A stretch of 64,000 nucleotides of DNA from Candidatus Gottesmanbacteria bacterium. Its GTDB lineage: Bacteria > Patescibacteriota > Microgenomatia > UBA10105 > UBA927. This document shows, piece by piece, positions 10,293 through 20,700 of the stretch. The position numbers and the translations under genes are program-made. Every line of letters begins with the position of its first letter. Positions within the stretch are counted from its first letter, which is position 1. Where the stretch lies: assembly GCA_963701185.1 (NCBI GenBank), contig OY969569.1:181735-245734 (forward strand), in the 5' to 3' direction. Under the pieces are notes generated by a model that saw only the letters and a program-made list of their open reading frames with translations, was not told the origin of the DNA and searched no databases.

Positions 10293-11215
10293 AAAATCAA
10301 AAAGTATCTATTATCATTCCGTGCTATAACGAAGGAAAAAATGTCGAGTATGCGTATGCCTCTCTAAAAAAAGCTATCAGATTTGAAAAATCTTATAAGT
10401 TCGAATTTATTTATATTGATAATGGCAGTACGGATAATACAAAAGAATATATTTTAAAATTAGCAAAAAGCGACAGTATCGTTAAGGGAATTATATTATC
10501 AAGAAATTTTGGGCCGGAGGCATCTACGCAAGCGGGCTTTGATTATGCCCGCGGTGGCGCAGTTATTTGGTACGCGTGTGACATGCAGGAACCAGCGGAA
10601 TTAATTCCTGACTTCATCAAGAAATGGGAAGAAGGATTCGACAGTGTTATGGGAGTATATACAAAGCTTCAGGATACATGGCTCATGGCATTTCTTCGTA
10701 AATCGTTCTATGCGATTATGAAATCCATTTCCAATATTGAAATTCCTACGAACAGCATAGGCTACGGGTTATACAGCAGAAAAGTCGTAGACGCAATGAA
10801 GTTATTACCGGAAACATACCGTTTTACGCGCGGGATCCGTGCATGGGTAGGATTTTCCACGGCGTACATATACTATGAACGTAGACAACGATTGCATGGT
10901 AAAAGTTCATATTCTCTTTTAGAATATTTTCGGCACGCGGAACGAAGCGTATTCGGATTTTCCTATTTACCTTTAGATTTGTTGATATACTTCGGATTAC
11001 TGCTTGTCGTGTTCTCATTTCTATTTATTATTGGTTATATCTTATTTTCGCTAGTGTTCGGAAATCCTATAAAGGGTGCCATCACGATTCTTGTTGCTAT
11101 TGTGTTTTTTGGAGGTATTAATTTATTGGCTGTTTCCATTATCGGTAAATATATCCAAGTTATTGTTGAAGAAACGAAGGCAAGACCAACCTACATTGTT
11201 CAGTCCACTATTTGA
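10289..11215 (+). CDS. GtrB-like polyprenyl-phosphate glycosyltransferase (GT2)
   Basis: IIPCYNE, IDNGSTD, LSRNFG, RGIRAWVGF, two C-terminal TM helices, IGKYI..I..ETKARP.YIV. Confidence 0.85.
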   Translation: MKNQKVSIIIPCYNEGKNVEYAYASLKKAIRFEKSYKFEFIYIDNGSTDNTKEYILKLAKSDSIVKGIILSRNFGPEASTQAGFDYARGGAVIWYACDMQEPAELIPDFIKKWEEGFDSVMGVYTKLQDTWLMAFLRKSFYAIMKSISNIEIPTNSIGYGLYSRKVVDAMKLLPETYRFTRGIRAWVGFSTAYIYYERRQRLHGKSSYSLLEYFRHAERSVFGFSYLPLDLLIYFGLLLVVFSFLFIIGYILFSLVFGNPIKGAITILVAIVFFGGINLLAVSIIGKYIQVIVEETKARPTYIVQSTI

Positions 11216-11220
11216 TATTC

Positions 11221-13287
11221 ATGAAACTTCTTACATTTTTGCCCGGACGCATCAAAAAAAGTTGGAAATTTGGATACTATTTGTTGACGGGGAATATTGC
11301 AGTCGTAGTTTTTTATGCAATTAGATTGCAGTTATTCGGTAACCCATTAGCTTTGGCGAATGATAACTATGCTTTGGGATATCCGTGGCGTATATTGGTG
11401 AGTTCGTCTCTTCAAAATGGGATTTTTCCTTTATGGGATCATTGGACTCATGGTGGGATGCCGCTCCATTCTCCTATAAACATGCTTTCATTTTCACCTA
11501 TCGTGACGTTTTTAAGTCTTTTCGGTGTATATTCCCTCACTACCTATGCTGCTGAAATCCTTCTCATTCATATTCTTGGGTTTATTGGAATGTATTTGTG
11601 GCTTCGATTCTATTCATCCAAATTTTCATCGCTCGTCATAGCTTTTTGTTTTACTTTTATCGGCGCTCAAATAACGCAAACGCCAATTAATTTTGAGGCA
11701 GTTGTCAGTACGGCGCTACTGCCGTGGCTAGGAATCGGAATGAAATATTGCATGCGAGGAACCCCAAAAGGAATCGGAATATTGGCTTTTGCAGTTTGGA
11801 TTATGATGACAACCGGATATCTTGGGATGAACGTCATATTTATTGAATTAATCTCCTTTTTCTGCATCTTAGAGACTCTCATATTGTTTTTAACAAAGAA
11901 AATACACCTTAAGCGTTTATTTTTAGGTATTTCCTATATCATGTGCGGTTTAATCTTGGGTGGCCTAATAGTTAATTATCCTTTTGTAGAAAACTATATG
12001 TATTACGGCACATCTTTTGTAACCATGAGGGATACGGCATTTAGTCCATATGCCGCTTCGGCAAATCTTTTTAGCCTTTTTACTCTTATTTTTCCCAATC
12101 ACATCTGGTCTTTCTCTGCTGATAAATTTTCTGCTTATACAGGAATTATGTTTTTTGGATCCATTCCAATATACATGGCGTTATATTCCTTAATAAGGAA
12201 AAAAATATCCGGTAGTGTCCTTCTGTTAATGACTTTTTGTGTTTTATCATTTTTAGCAATGCTATCCATGAAATACCCCTTTGCCCGATGGATAAGTATG
12301 AATTTTCCGTTACTTCGATACATCCGCTGGCACGTTTGGTTTTTGCCAGTTTCCGTATTTTTCTTAGCAACAGTATCAAGTATAGGGATGGGAGAATTTA
12401 TGGAGGAAAAAAGAAAGGCTGCAAAGCTATTCGCATATTTTCTCTTTATTATTGTTGCCACTCTTGTAGCAGTAAAACAGTCCGGATCGATTTTTGTTTC
12501 TCCCCTTACCTATTTGGGTTATCCGCAGATTATTACATATATTTTGCTAGGGATTATTATTTTACTTCCTTTCCGAAAAAATACCAAGATGATTTATCTC
12601 CTTTGTGTTGCAGACGTACTGGTAATTTCCTGGTCATTTTCCTTATTTGGAAACAACTTGTTTTATAGGGGGCTGACAATCCGGGAAGCAGTCCAACGGG
12701 ATTCAGTTAAATACGTTACGAAAGGTTTTCCTGAAATATCCAACCAACGCTCCCCTGAGGATAGTCACATTAATGTCCAATATTATACGAAGCAGCCGGC
12801 CTTGTATGGATATGATCCGGTAATTCACCCGGCACTCAAATCTCTTATTAATGATCCGGAATATCCGGTAATTATGAAATATCTATTTTATCCGGAAACT
12901 AAGACTGGATATCCCGATATGAATGAAGATTTCAAAATACATTCAGTCCGATTAACCCCAAACAGTGCAGGAGCGATCATTGATATTACATCGAAAGATC
13001 AGAATATTATCTGGAGCTCTCCGTATAGTTCTTTTTGGATGCTTTCCGTCGACGGCGTTACGGCGGTGACCCGTAAAAACAGGTTCGGGTTAACAGAGTT
13101 TACCCTTACTAAGGGTAAACATTTTGTACGGTTTGTATATGCGCCGCCATATTTTGTCCCAAGCTTATTGCTTACCTTCTTGTCCATCGGAACATCTATA
13201 TACGTGATAACTCGGAAATCGAAGAACAAAATTGGTACAATACGGCAACGGAGCAAACAATTATATGCAAAGAAACGCCGCCACTAA
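11221..13287 (+). CDS. YfhO-like polytopic membrane protein (putative GT-C)
   Basis: YPWR..G.FPLWD.W..GGMP N-terminus, many TM helices, C-terminal W...VDG...L.KG.H.V.F.Y.P plus TM. Confidence 0.65.
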   Translation: MKLLTFLPGRIKKSWKFGYYLLTGNIAVVVFYAIRLQLFGNPLALANDNYALGYPWRILVSSSLQNGIFPLWDHWTHGGMPLHSPINMLSFSPIVTFLSLFGVYSLTTYAAEILLIHILGFIGMYLWLRFYSSKFSSLVIAFCFTFIGAQITQTPINFEAVVSTALLPWLGIGMKYCMRGTPKGIGILAFAVWIMMTTGYLGMNVIFIELISFFCILETLILFLTKKIHLKRLFLGISYIMCGLILGGLIVNYPFVENYMYYGTSFVTMRDTAFSPYAASANLFSLFTLIFPNHIWSFSADKFSAYTGIMFFGSIPIYMALYSLIRKKISGSVLLLMTFCVLSFLAMLSMKYPFARWISMNFPLLRYIRWHVWFLPVSVFFLATVSSIGMGEFMEEKRKAAKLFAYFLFIIVATLVAVKQSGSIFVSPLTYLGYPQIITYILLGIIILLPFRKNTKMIYLLCVADVLVISWSFSLFGNNLFYRGLTIREAVQRDSVKYVTKGFPEISNQRSPEDSHINVQYYTKQPALYGYDPVIHPALKSLINDPEYPVIMKYLFYPETKTGYPDMNEDFKIHSVRLTPNSAGAIIDITSKDQNIIWSSPYSSFWMLSVDGVTAVTRKNRFGLTEFTLTKGKHFVRFVYAPPYFVPSLLLTFLSIGTSIYVITRKSKNKIGTIRQRSKQLYAKKRRH

Positions 13288-14518
13288 GTATATACCGGCA
13301 TCGGGCAAAGTATTTGATCAGGAAGAAATCAAAAATGCAATTAAAGTCGCAAAAGACGGATGGTGGACGGAGGGGGAGTTTGCAAAACGGTTTGAAAAGG
13401 ATTTTTCTTCCTATCTCGGAGTACGGTATGTGTCGCTGGTAAATTCCGGATCCTCTGCAAATCTTGTGGCGTTGACGCTACTTACTTCGAATATATTCGG
13501 TGCGCGGGCATTAAAACCGGGCGATGAAGTGATCACGACCGCATGTGCATTCCCGACGACCGTTAATCCGATCATCCAGAACCGCATGAAGCCCGTATTC
13601 GTGGATATAGATTCCGGAACCCGAAATGCGACGGCCGGGGCGATCAAAAAGGCAATAACAAAAAAAACGCGGGCGATCATGATGGCCCATTCGCTCGGGA
13701 ATCTCATGCCGATGAGTGAGATTCTTGAATTAGTGAAAAAGCATAACCTTTGGTTTATCGAAGATTGCTGTGATGCGTTGGGCGGGTCTTATGATGGTAA
13801 ACTGGCCGGTACGTTCGGTCATGTGGCCACATTTTCTTTTTATCCCGCGCACCAGATAACCATGGGCGAGGGGGGAGCGGTAGTTACAAATAATCCATTA
13901 ATACACAAGTCTCTGCGCCAGTTCCGGGATTGGGGAAGGGACTGTTGGTGCGATACAGGTAAGGATGATACGTGCCGCCGGCGGTTTGCGTGGAAGCTCG
14001 GTGACCTGCCGTACGGGTACGATCATAAATATATCTATTCTCAGATAGGATATAACCTGAAACTTACGGATTTTCAGGCAGCCATAGGGGTAGCGCAGCT
14101 GAAAAAACTTCCCGGCTTTATCAGGAAACGCAAAGAGAATTTCAAGACGTTATATAAGTTTTTCAAAAAATATGAGAACTATTTTATCTTGCCGGCATGG
14201 GAACGTGACGCGGATCCGTGTTGGTTTGGATTTATGGTCGTCATCAAAACCGGCGCGCCGTTTACGCGGTTGCAGATGGTTACGTATTTGGAGTCCCATG
14301 GCGTGGGGACAAGAAATTTGTTTGCCGGCAATCTCCTGAAGCACCCCGCCTACGCGGGGAGAAAAGATATCCGGGTCAGCGGATCTCTGGACAATTCTGA
14401 TTTAGTCATGAATGGCGGCTTTTGGATAGGGGTATGGCCAGGGATTACGGAAGAAATGATGCAGCGAATGCTGCGTGTGTGTAAAAATTTTATTGCCGTT
14501 CACCAACAACGCCCATGA
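13265..14518 (+). CDS. rfbH: CDP-4-keto-6-deoxyglucose 3-dehydrase E1 (RfbH/DdhC)
   Basis: VNSGSSANL, EDCCDALG, SFYPAHQITMGEGG (His in place of the PLP Lys), RDWGRDCWC..C Fe-S region, YDHKY. Confidence 0.9.
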   Translation: MQRNAATKYIPASGKVFDQEEIKNAIKVAKDGWWTEGEFAKRFEKDFSSYLGVRYVSLVNSGSSANLVALTLLTSNIFGARALKPGDEVITTACAFPTTVNPIIQNRMKPVFVDIDSGTRNATAGAIKKAITKKTRAIMMAHSLGNLMPMSEILELVKKHNLWFIEDCCDALGGSYDGKLAGTFGHVATFSFYPAHQITMGEGGAVVTNNPLIHKSLRQFRDWGRDCWCDTGKDDTCRRRFAWKLGDLPYGYDHKYIYSQIGYNLKLTDFQAAIGVAQLKKLPGFIRKRKENFKTLYKFFKKYENYFILPAWERDADPCWFGFMVVIKTGAPFTRLQMVTYLESHGVGTRNLFAGNLLKHPAYAGRKDIRVSGSLDNSDLVMNGGFWIGVWPGITEEMMQRMLRVCKNFIAVHQQRP

Positions 14519-16671
14519 GAATAGTAATTACGATACTCTTGTCGCTTGTGCCTTTCTTTTGGCACAGAAACGAACTGTACCAGCAATTTTTCGGATACGG
14601 AGATTTTCTTTCCCCCATTAACGCGGTGCAGGAAATAACGGACCGGCTTTTTATGTTTTATCCCAGAGTCGGAGCCGGAGGGAATATTGCATTCATTACA
14701 CCGCATATTTTTCCGTTTCTCTCCTGGCATGCGATATTATCTTTCTTTCACATTTCCCCTTTGATTGCGTCGCTTGCTTTTCTTTCCGTAATTCTTTTTT
14801 GCGCTCAGATCTCCATGGAAGCATGGATGAATTATATTCTACGTTCTAAATTCGGGATCCATGAAAAATTTATACATTTCTATTCTTTTATAGCCGGAAA
14901 ACTCTATGGTTTTGCCCCGTTTTTTATATGGCTCATTGCTTCCAGTCATATATTCCAATTGATTGCGTATGCGCTTTTTCCGTGGATCCTTTTGCTCATT
15001 GATCAATTACTTCTGGAAACGTTGCCCAAAAAAGTAATTTTGCCGCGTTTATTTTTCCTTTTTCTCTTCTGTGCCTCTGCGTTTGCAAACATAGGCATCC
15101 TCTATGTATTCTTTGTTGTTTTCTTTATCTATATTGTCGCTTATTGGATGACGAGGCAGGTGTCACTGCGCCGCGTATTTTTTGCTCTCGTTTTGGTTAT
15201 AGGAAGTGCTGTTTCGGCAAACATCTGGTGGCTCTTGCCGTATGTGTACACGATCAAAGATACAATAACTATTAATTACCAAAGTAATATCATTAATGCG
15301 AACATTTCCGGTTCCGTCGGCGCGGCGTATTTACTAAATATATTCCTCGGCCATCCGGAATATCTTCTTTATTTGAGTCCAAAATATAAAATTTTCCTTT
15401 CATTATTTTTCGAGATAGGTACCCTTGGTTTGGTCGGGTGTTCTTTTTTCCTTCTTCGTCACTGGAAAAAGTATAGATACGTCATTGTTTGTTTTATTAT
15501 GTTGATTTCGGCGCTGATTATTATAAAGGGAGACCAACCGCCGCTTGCATCGATTTTTGTATGGTTCTATGATAATTTTCCCGGTTTCCAAATTTTTCGG
15601 CGTCCGGTAAGCAAATACTACTTTGTCTATTGGTTTTTCCTTTTAACGCTTTCAATAAGTTATAGTTCTTTTCTTTACCGCCGGTTGAAAAAAAATAGTA
15701 GAATTTTCCTTTTAGGCGTCGCGTTTTTGCTTTGTGTTTTTACGGCAGGCGTCTTTCTTGCGTTTGTAAAATCAAAGTCAGGAAATCCGTTTTCGATTCC
15801 TCAATATTATTATGAAGCGGCCTCCTATTTGCAAAAAGACAATGCAACACGTGTTTTATTGCTCCCCGGTCTCAACGGTCAGACTCCGTCTTTCCGCAGT
15901 AAATGGATTCACTATGGAGGCGTCGACTTTTTCCCTATTATTTCAAAAGCAGAATTTATTATTCCTGACGAAACGAACTATTCTGTTGAAGGATTGGCTA
16001 AACCGTTTGCAAATACGATGGTTCTGCAGATTCAAAAAGGACAATCGTTTTGTGAATCAGCAGCACTGTTAGGAATCAGCCATATTGTCCTCCGGCATGA
16101 TTTATCTGCCAAGGCAACGAAAGAAGATGAACCCGGCGCAATTCAGAAAAAATTAACGGGATCCGTTGATATTGAAGACGTTGCGTTTTTTAATCCAGAT
16201 TCATCAACGCAGGGGCTTAGCATTTATACTATCCGTCCCGAATGCCGCCGCGCCTTAATTCAAGCGTCTTCAGGAACGCTGACATCACAGACGGTTTTTC
16301 CCGGACTGATTACCGTGCGGGTACATGGTGCAGTCGGGGACACGCTGGTGAAACTTCTTTATAATTATTCCGACGTGTGGTCGGCGTATAAAGATACGTC
16401 GCCGCGCCGGTTCCCGGTCCTTTTGCGTGCGACTATTCTCGTGCTGCAGGATGCGATGAGCACTATATTCAAACGTCCGAACAATGCGCTGCCTCATGTA
16501 CTGGTTGATGGCTACGCAAACGGATGGAGTGTGGGCGGACAGGAAACGTCTCAAACGGACATCATTATTATATATCGATCCCAGTATGTTTTTTATGCCG
16601 GCATTTTCTTGTTTGTGGCAATTATCGCCGGATGGGCTTTCTATTTTCGAAAGGGTGTATGGAAAAAATAG
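14515..16671 (+). CDS. AftD/DUF3367-like polytopic membrane protein (putative GT-C)
   Basis: N.WWLLP, FPGFQIFRRP.SKY, IPQYY, RVLLLP, H.LVDGYANGW. Confidence 0.55.
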   Translation: MRIVITILLSLVPFFWHRNELYQQFFGYGDFLSPINAVQEITDRLFMFYPRVGAGGNIAFITPHIFPFLSWHAILSFFHISPLIASLAFLSVILFCAQISMEAWMNYILRSKFGIHEKFIHFYSFIAGKLYGFAPFFIWLIASSHIFQLIAYALFPWILLLIDQLLLETLPKKVILPRLFFLFLFCASAFANIGILYVFFVVFFIYIVAYWMTRQVSLRRVFFALVLVIGSAVSANIWWLLPYVYTIKDTITINYQSNIINANISGSVGAAYLLNIFLGHPEYLLYLSPKYKIFLSLFFEIGTLGLVGCSFFLLRHWKKYRYVIVCFIMLISALIIIKGDQPPLASIFVWFYDNFPGFQIFRRPVSKYYFVYWFFLLTLSISYSSFLYRRLKKNSRIFLLGVAFLLCVFTAGVFLAFVKSKSGNPFSIPQYYYEAASYLQKDNATRVLLLPGLNGQTPSFRSKWIHYGGVDFFPIISKAEFIIPDETNYSVEGLAKPFANTMVLQIQKGQSFCESAALLGISHIVLRHDLSAKATKEDEPGAIQKKLTGSVDIEDVAFFNPDSSTQGLSIYTIRPECRRALIQASSGTLTSQTVFPGLITVRVHGAVGDTLVKLLYNYSDVWSAYKDTSPRRFPVLLRATILVLQDAMSTIFKRPNNALPHVLVDGYANGWSVGGQETSQTDIIIIYRSQYVFYAGIFLFVAIIAGWAFYFRKGVWKK

Positions 16672-17630
16672 CCTATTACATGAAATATAAAGTACCTTTT
16701 TATCCCGCGTTATTTTTTGCCGTTGTTGCGGTTATTGGTTTATGGAATCTGACGCGCGAAGAAGGCGTCAGCTTCCGTTCGTATGTTCAACACTATGAAT
16801 TTTCTGAAAAAAACATAACGATTTTGTCTCAGGATGTTGCTGTTTCTGCCGAGTTTACTGCAATAGAACCCCAATTGGGAATAGTATCATTTCGGTTCCA
16901 AAAACCGGACCGTGAAACGACAGCCGCCGTGGTTTTTCGTATAAAAGAAAAGGGGAACCAAACATGGTACTACGAGCATACGTATACGGCAAATCAGCTT
17001 TATATCTATGACTGGTATCCGTTTGGATTTCCGATTCTTGAACAATCTAGAGGGAGGACGTATCAGTTTGAACTTGCCGGAGTTTCTGAAAGGAAAGAAG
17101 ACGCAGTGCTTTTATTGGCAGACAGGGGATTTTTGGTTCAGTATCAACTGCCGAACGACAGATTATTTACGCCGGTTCACAGGATATTGCTGGAACTCCA
17201 GAAGAATTTAAGTACGACAGTTAAAGGCGAGATTATTGTGTACAGCGGGTTTATCATAGTTTTGTTTCTATTTTCCTTTTTTTCAAAAAGGCTGCCGGTG
17301 TTTGCAAAAAACGTATTTACTCTGGGTACTTTCCTATTTGTCTTTCTCTGGCAATTGCACCCATACCGCTTTGTGCAAATATCCACAATTTGCGTTTTGA
17401 TTCTTACGGTATATTCCGGGGTTTTTATGAGGCTTCTCAACGGAACGAAAGCGTTGATTTTGTCCGGCCTGGTTTTTGCCCTTATGGGTATATATTACGT
17501 ATTCGGGAAAATTGCTTTTGCTGAACGGTTAGCAGAGTGGACGTACATCTTAATGATTATTGCATTAATGATTATTTTAGCTGAAATTAACACAAAAATT
17601 TCGAACAAGAGGCAAGATACGATACAATAA
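16659..17630 (+). CDS. Hypothetical membrane protein
   Basis: Start taken at M46 of the ORF; N-terminal TM, soluble beta-rich region (YPFGFP), C-terminal TM helices. Confidence 0.6.
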   Translation: MEKIAYYMKYKVPFYPALFFAVVAVIGLWNLTREEGVSFRSYVQHYEFSEKNITILSQDVAVSAEFTAIEPQLGIVSFRFQKPDRETTAAVVFRIKEKGNQTWYYEHTYTANQLYIYDWYPFGFPILEQSRGRTYQFELAGVSERKEDAVLLLADRGFLVQYQLPNDRLFTPVHRILLELQKNLSTTVKGEIIVYSGFIIVLFLFSFFSKRLPVFAKNVFTLGTFLFVFLWQLHPYRFVQISTICVLILTVYSGVFMRLLNGTKALILSGLVFALMGIYYVFGKIAFAERLAEWTYILMIIALMIILAEINTKISNKRQDTIQ

Positions 17631-17638
17631 GTGTTTAT

Positions 17639-20524
17639 ATGCTGCTTGAAATTTTGATTATTTTTCTCCTTTCTCTTCCCCCGGTTAAATGGCTTTGGGG
17701 AGGATATATTGTATTCGGGCACGACGCGTCATTTTATCTGAACCACTGGGAAAACTTTATTTCCCTCTTTTATGCATGGAACCCGATTCAGAATCTTGGA
17801 ATGAACTGGCCGTTTATGCGCGGGTATATTCCTATGGTAGCACTGGAAGAATTACTCCTTCGTCTAACCGGCTCATTTTCCGTTATGCAGATGGGTATTG
17901 GCATAGGTTGGTTTTTCGGAATGATGATGTCCATGTATATTTTGGTACGGTCCGTATTTCCGGAAAAAAAATATTGGATCATGCGTTTATTGTCGAGCAT
18001 TTTATACGGATATAATTTTTTCATTTTGCAGGGATGGGTTATTTTTGAGCGGCCGAAATTTTCAGCTTATATACTTCTTCCATTGACCATAACCGTTGTA
18101 CATAACCTATATGCAAAGAAAATATCGTTTTGCCGCGGATTCGTTCTTTTTTGGATTATATCTTTTTTCTTTAATGCAGGGGGGCTGCCGCCGCTTCTTG
18201 GGACGACCCTGCTGGCAATAGCGTTTTCCATTTTATGGTATTGGATTCTGCAAATAAAAAGAGAGGGACGGCAGGGGGTGTGGTGGGGAATAAAAACAGG
18301 ATTTTTGTTTTTGTCCGCGTATATGCTTGCTAATGCATATTGGGTTGTTCCTTTCGTCTTTTTCACTTTCGGAAATTATGCTTCTTATGTCGGATCCGTC
18401 GGGAGCGTTGATGGAACGATCGCATGGGAAAAGATGGTGAGCGCAAATGCGAGTTTCGCAAATTTATTCCGTCTTCAGGGGAATCCTGAATGGGTGAATA
18501 CCATCAGCCATCCATACGCGGCCATGTATATGCAAAATCCGTTATTAATTTCCTTGAGTATAGGCGTGTTCGCAGTCATCTTTATAGGTTGGGTGGTAGG
18601 AAAAAATCGGAGTGAATCAAATAAATCAATCGACGGCATGCGTATGTTCATGGCGTTGCTGTCCATAGCAGGGTTATTTATGATGGCTGGCACGCACCCG
18701 CCTTTTGGAAAATTTTATGAACTGGCGATGCGGTATATACCGGGATTTGCAATATTCCGCTCGAGTTTCTATAAATTTGCCCCGATTACATTTCTGTCCG
18801 TCAGTTGGCTATTCGGTTATTCAATCCAACGCATTCTGGATAGATTTCACTGGAAAAAAGAAACGGAAAAAGTTATCGGTGGTTTGTTGATCCTGGGGTT
18901 AGTTTGCTACTTTTTTCCGTACTGGACTAAAAATATTTTTCAATTTCAATCACATTATACGACGCGGGTAAAAGTACCGGATTATGTGTCAGAAATGAAA
19001 AACTATATCGAAACGAACACACACGTTCAATCGCGGATTCTTGTTATGCCGAAGCTCGATGACGGTTTTATCGGCGCTCCGTTGGACACGTCCACATGGG
19101 GATTTTATTGTTTGGCCCCGTTCGCGTCGTTATCGACAAATAGAACCTTCATATATAACGGACTGGGAGGAAGTGATGTTATTTCATCATTGTACGGCCA
19201 ATTTGAAAAAGGTAATGATGAGGCGTTTTTAAAGATCATCAGGATTTTGGGAATTACGCACATTTTATACCGCTCTGACGTACGGTTGTCTGAATCATTT
19301 GAAAAATCAACGCCCCTGAGTTTTTGGGAGACGGCGATACGTCAGAAAACCTATTTGAAGAAAAGGTATGCCGCTGGCGCTTGGTCGTTATATGAGATAG
19401 ACGATTCTTCTATTAGCTCCATGGTTTTTACTGCCGACAAGTTAGCAACCGGTAATCTGAAAAAAGGGCATATGTTTGATTTTGTAGGAAATACTGCCGG
19501 GTACGCACTGGCTATCGGCCAACAAATGCTCCCTGAAGCCGTTGCTCAGGAACAAATTTTTGAAGCGGAGTGCATGTACTGCAGAGAAAATGAATTAGCA
19601 TCATTTATTGACGGGATAGACATATCAGCGTACGGGAAAACAAGCATCATTACAAAATATTTTCAGGGTCGTAAAGAAGAAACGAAATTTAATGCATTAA
19701 GTGATCTTGATCCGAGGAAAATTGACATGTATATCGTATTTGCAAACAGAGCTCTTGCTCACAATCGTCTCGGGGAGTGGTCTTCGGATATGCTTGCAGC
19801 GGAAAAAATTATTTCGACTCTTCAGGGGAAAAATAAATACGAATATGCAATACGATTCTATGCATTTGTCGAAGCTCAAAAAAAGTATTTGAACGGCGGA
19901 CAAGAAATAAACATTGATAAAATAATGCCGTATGTGTGGGTGACGGACAGAACTCATAATTCAGTAAAATATATTCTTGACCTGCCTCATGATGTCAAAG
20001 GAGCTTTTACAGTTATGACAAACAGTCGGGATATTTTTGATTGGAAGATGGACGGGCAACCTGTAAGACAGAACGAACAGGTCGTTTTATCAAAAGGAGC
20101 CCATATTATTGAAGGAAAATTTATATCCGCCTCTTTACCGGATATTCCACGTGTGTATATCCAGGTAAAAAATACAGCGACACAAATGCTCCGCGCGCCT
20201 TCATTACGGTGGAATCAGGAAAGCCCCGTGCAGTTTACCGTGCATATTGAAAATGCGACAGGGCTATATATATTGGGATTAAACCAGTCTTTTGACACTG
20301 GTTGGAAAGTGTCGCGTACAGATAAACCATTATTACATCAGCCTGACCATTTTGAACTGAACGGTATGGTTAATGGATGGATTATTCGGGATACAGGAAC
20401 ATACGATGTTTCCATATATTACGAGCCGCAAAAATTCGTGAATTGGGGAATAACCATTTTTCTAATAAGTTTGGTGGGTATGATATTCGTACTAAGAAGA
20501 ACCACGAAAATTCATAATAAATAA
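17639..20524 (+). CDS. AftD/DUF3367-like polytopic membrane protein (putative GT-C)
   Basis: GHD, NAYWVVP, IPGFAIFRSSFYKF, VPDYV, RILVMP, NQSFDTGW..H..LNG.VNGW. Confidence 0.6.
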   Translation: MLLEILIIFLLSLPPVKWLWGGYIVFGHDASFYLNHWENFISLFYAWNPIQNLGMNWPFMRGYIPMVALEELLLRLTGSFSVMQMGIGIGWFFGMMMSMYILVRSVFPEKKYWIMRLLSSILYGYNFFILQGWVIFERPKFSAYILLPLTITVVHNLYAKKISFCRGFVLFWIISFFFNAGGLPPLLGTTLLAIAFSILWYWILQIKREGRQGVWWGIKTGFLFLSAYMLANAYWVVPFVFFTFGNYASYVGSVGSVDGTIAWEKMVSANASFANLFRLQGNPEWVNTISHPYAAMYMQNPLLISLSIGVFAVIFIGWVVGKNRSESNKSIDGMRMFMALLSIAGLFMMAGTHPPFGKFYELAMRYIPGFAIFRSSFYKFAPITFLSVSWLFGYSIQRILDRFHWKKETEKVIGGLLILGLVCYFFPYWTKNIFQFQSHYTTRVKVPDYVSEMKNYIETNTHVQSRILVMPKLDDGFIGAPLDTSTWGFYCLAPFASLSTNRTFIYNGLGGSDVISSLYGQFEKGNDEAFLKIIRILGITHILYRSDVRLSESFEKSTPLSFWETAIRQKTYLKKRYAAGAWSLYEIDDSSISSMVFTADKLATGNLKKGHMFDFVGNTAGYALAIGQQMLPEAVAQEQIFEAECMYCRENELASFIDGIDISAYGKTSIITKYFQGRKEETKFNALSDLDPRKIDMYIVFANRALAHNRLGEWSSDMLAAEKIISTLQGKNKYEYAIRFYAFVEAQKKYLNGGQEINIDKIMPYVWVTDRTHNSVKYILDLPHDVKGAFTVMTNSRDIFDWKMDGQPVRQNEQVVLSKGAHIIEGKFISASLPDIPRVYIQVKNTATQMLRAPSLRWNQESPVQFTVHIENATGLYILGLNQSFDTGWKVSRTDKPLLHQPDHFELNGMVNGWIIRDTGTYDVSIYYEPQKFVNWGITIFLISLVGMIFVLRRTTKIHNK

Positions 20525-20525
20525 T

Positions 20526-20699
20526 ATGATAGTCAAGATTATTTCATTAGCATCATTGTTTTCGCTTGCGGGTATTGCGTGTAGTTTGATATTCAAAAAA
20601 ACGTCCTATGCTGATTTTTTCGGAATTCTCACGTTTTGTTTCTATGCTTTGCTTGTTGTCGTGACCGTCGTACAGTGGTTCTTCAGGAAGGAAACATAA
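20526..20699 (+). CDS. Small membrane protein, 57 aa (below the ORF-track cutoff)
   Basis: MIVKIISLASLFSLAGIACSLIFKKTSYADFFGILTFCFYALLVVVTVVQWFFRKET; fills the gap between two genes with 1-nt spacing on each side. Confidence 0.7.
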   Translation: MIVKIISLASLFSLAGIACSLIFKKTSYADFFGILTFCFYALLVVVTVVQWFFRKET

Positions 20700-20700
20700 T

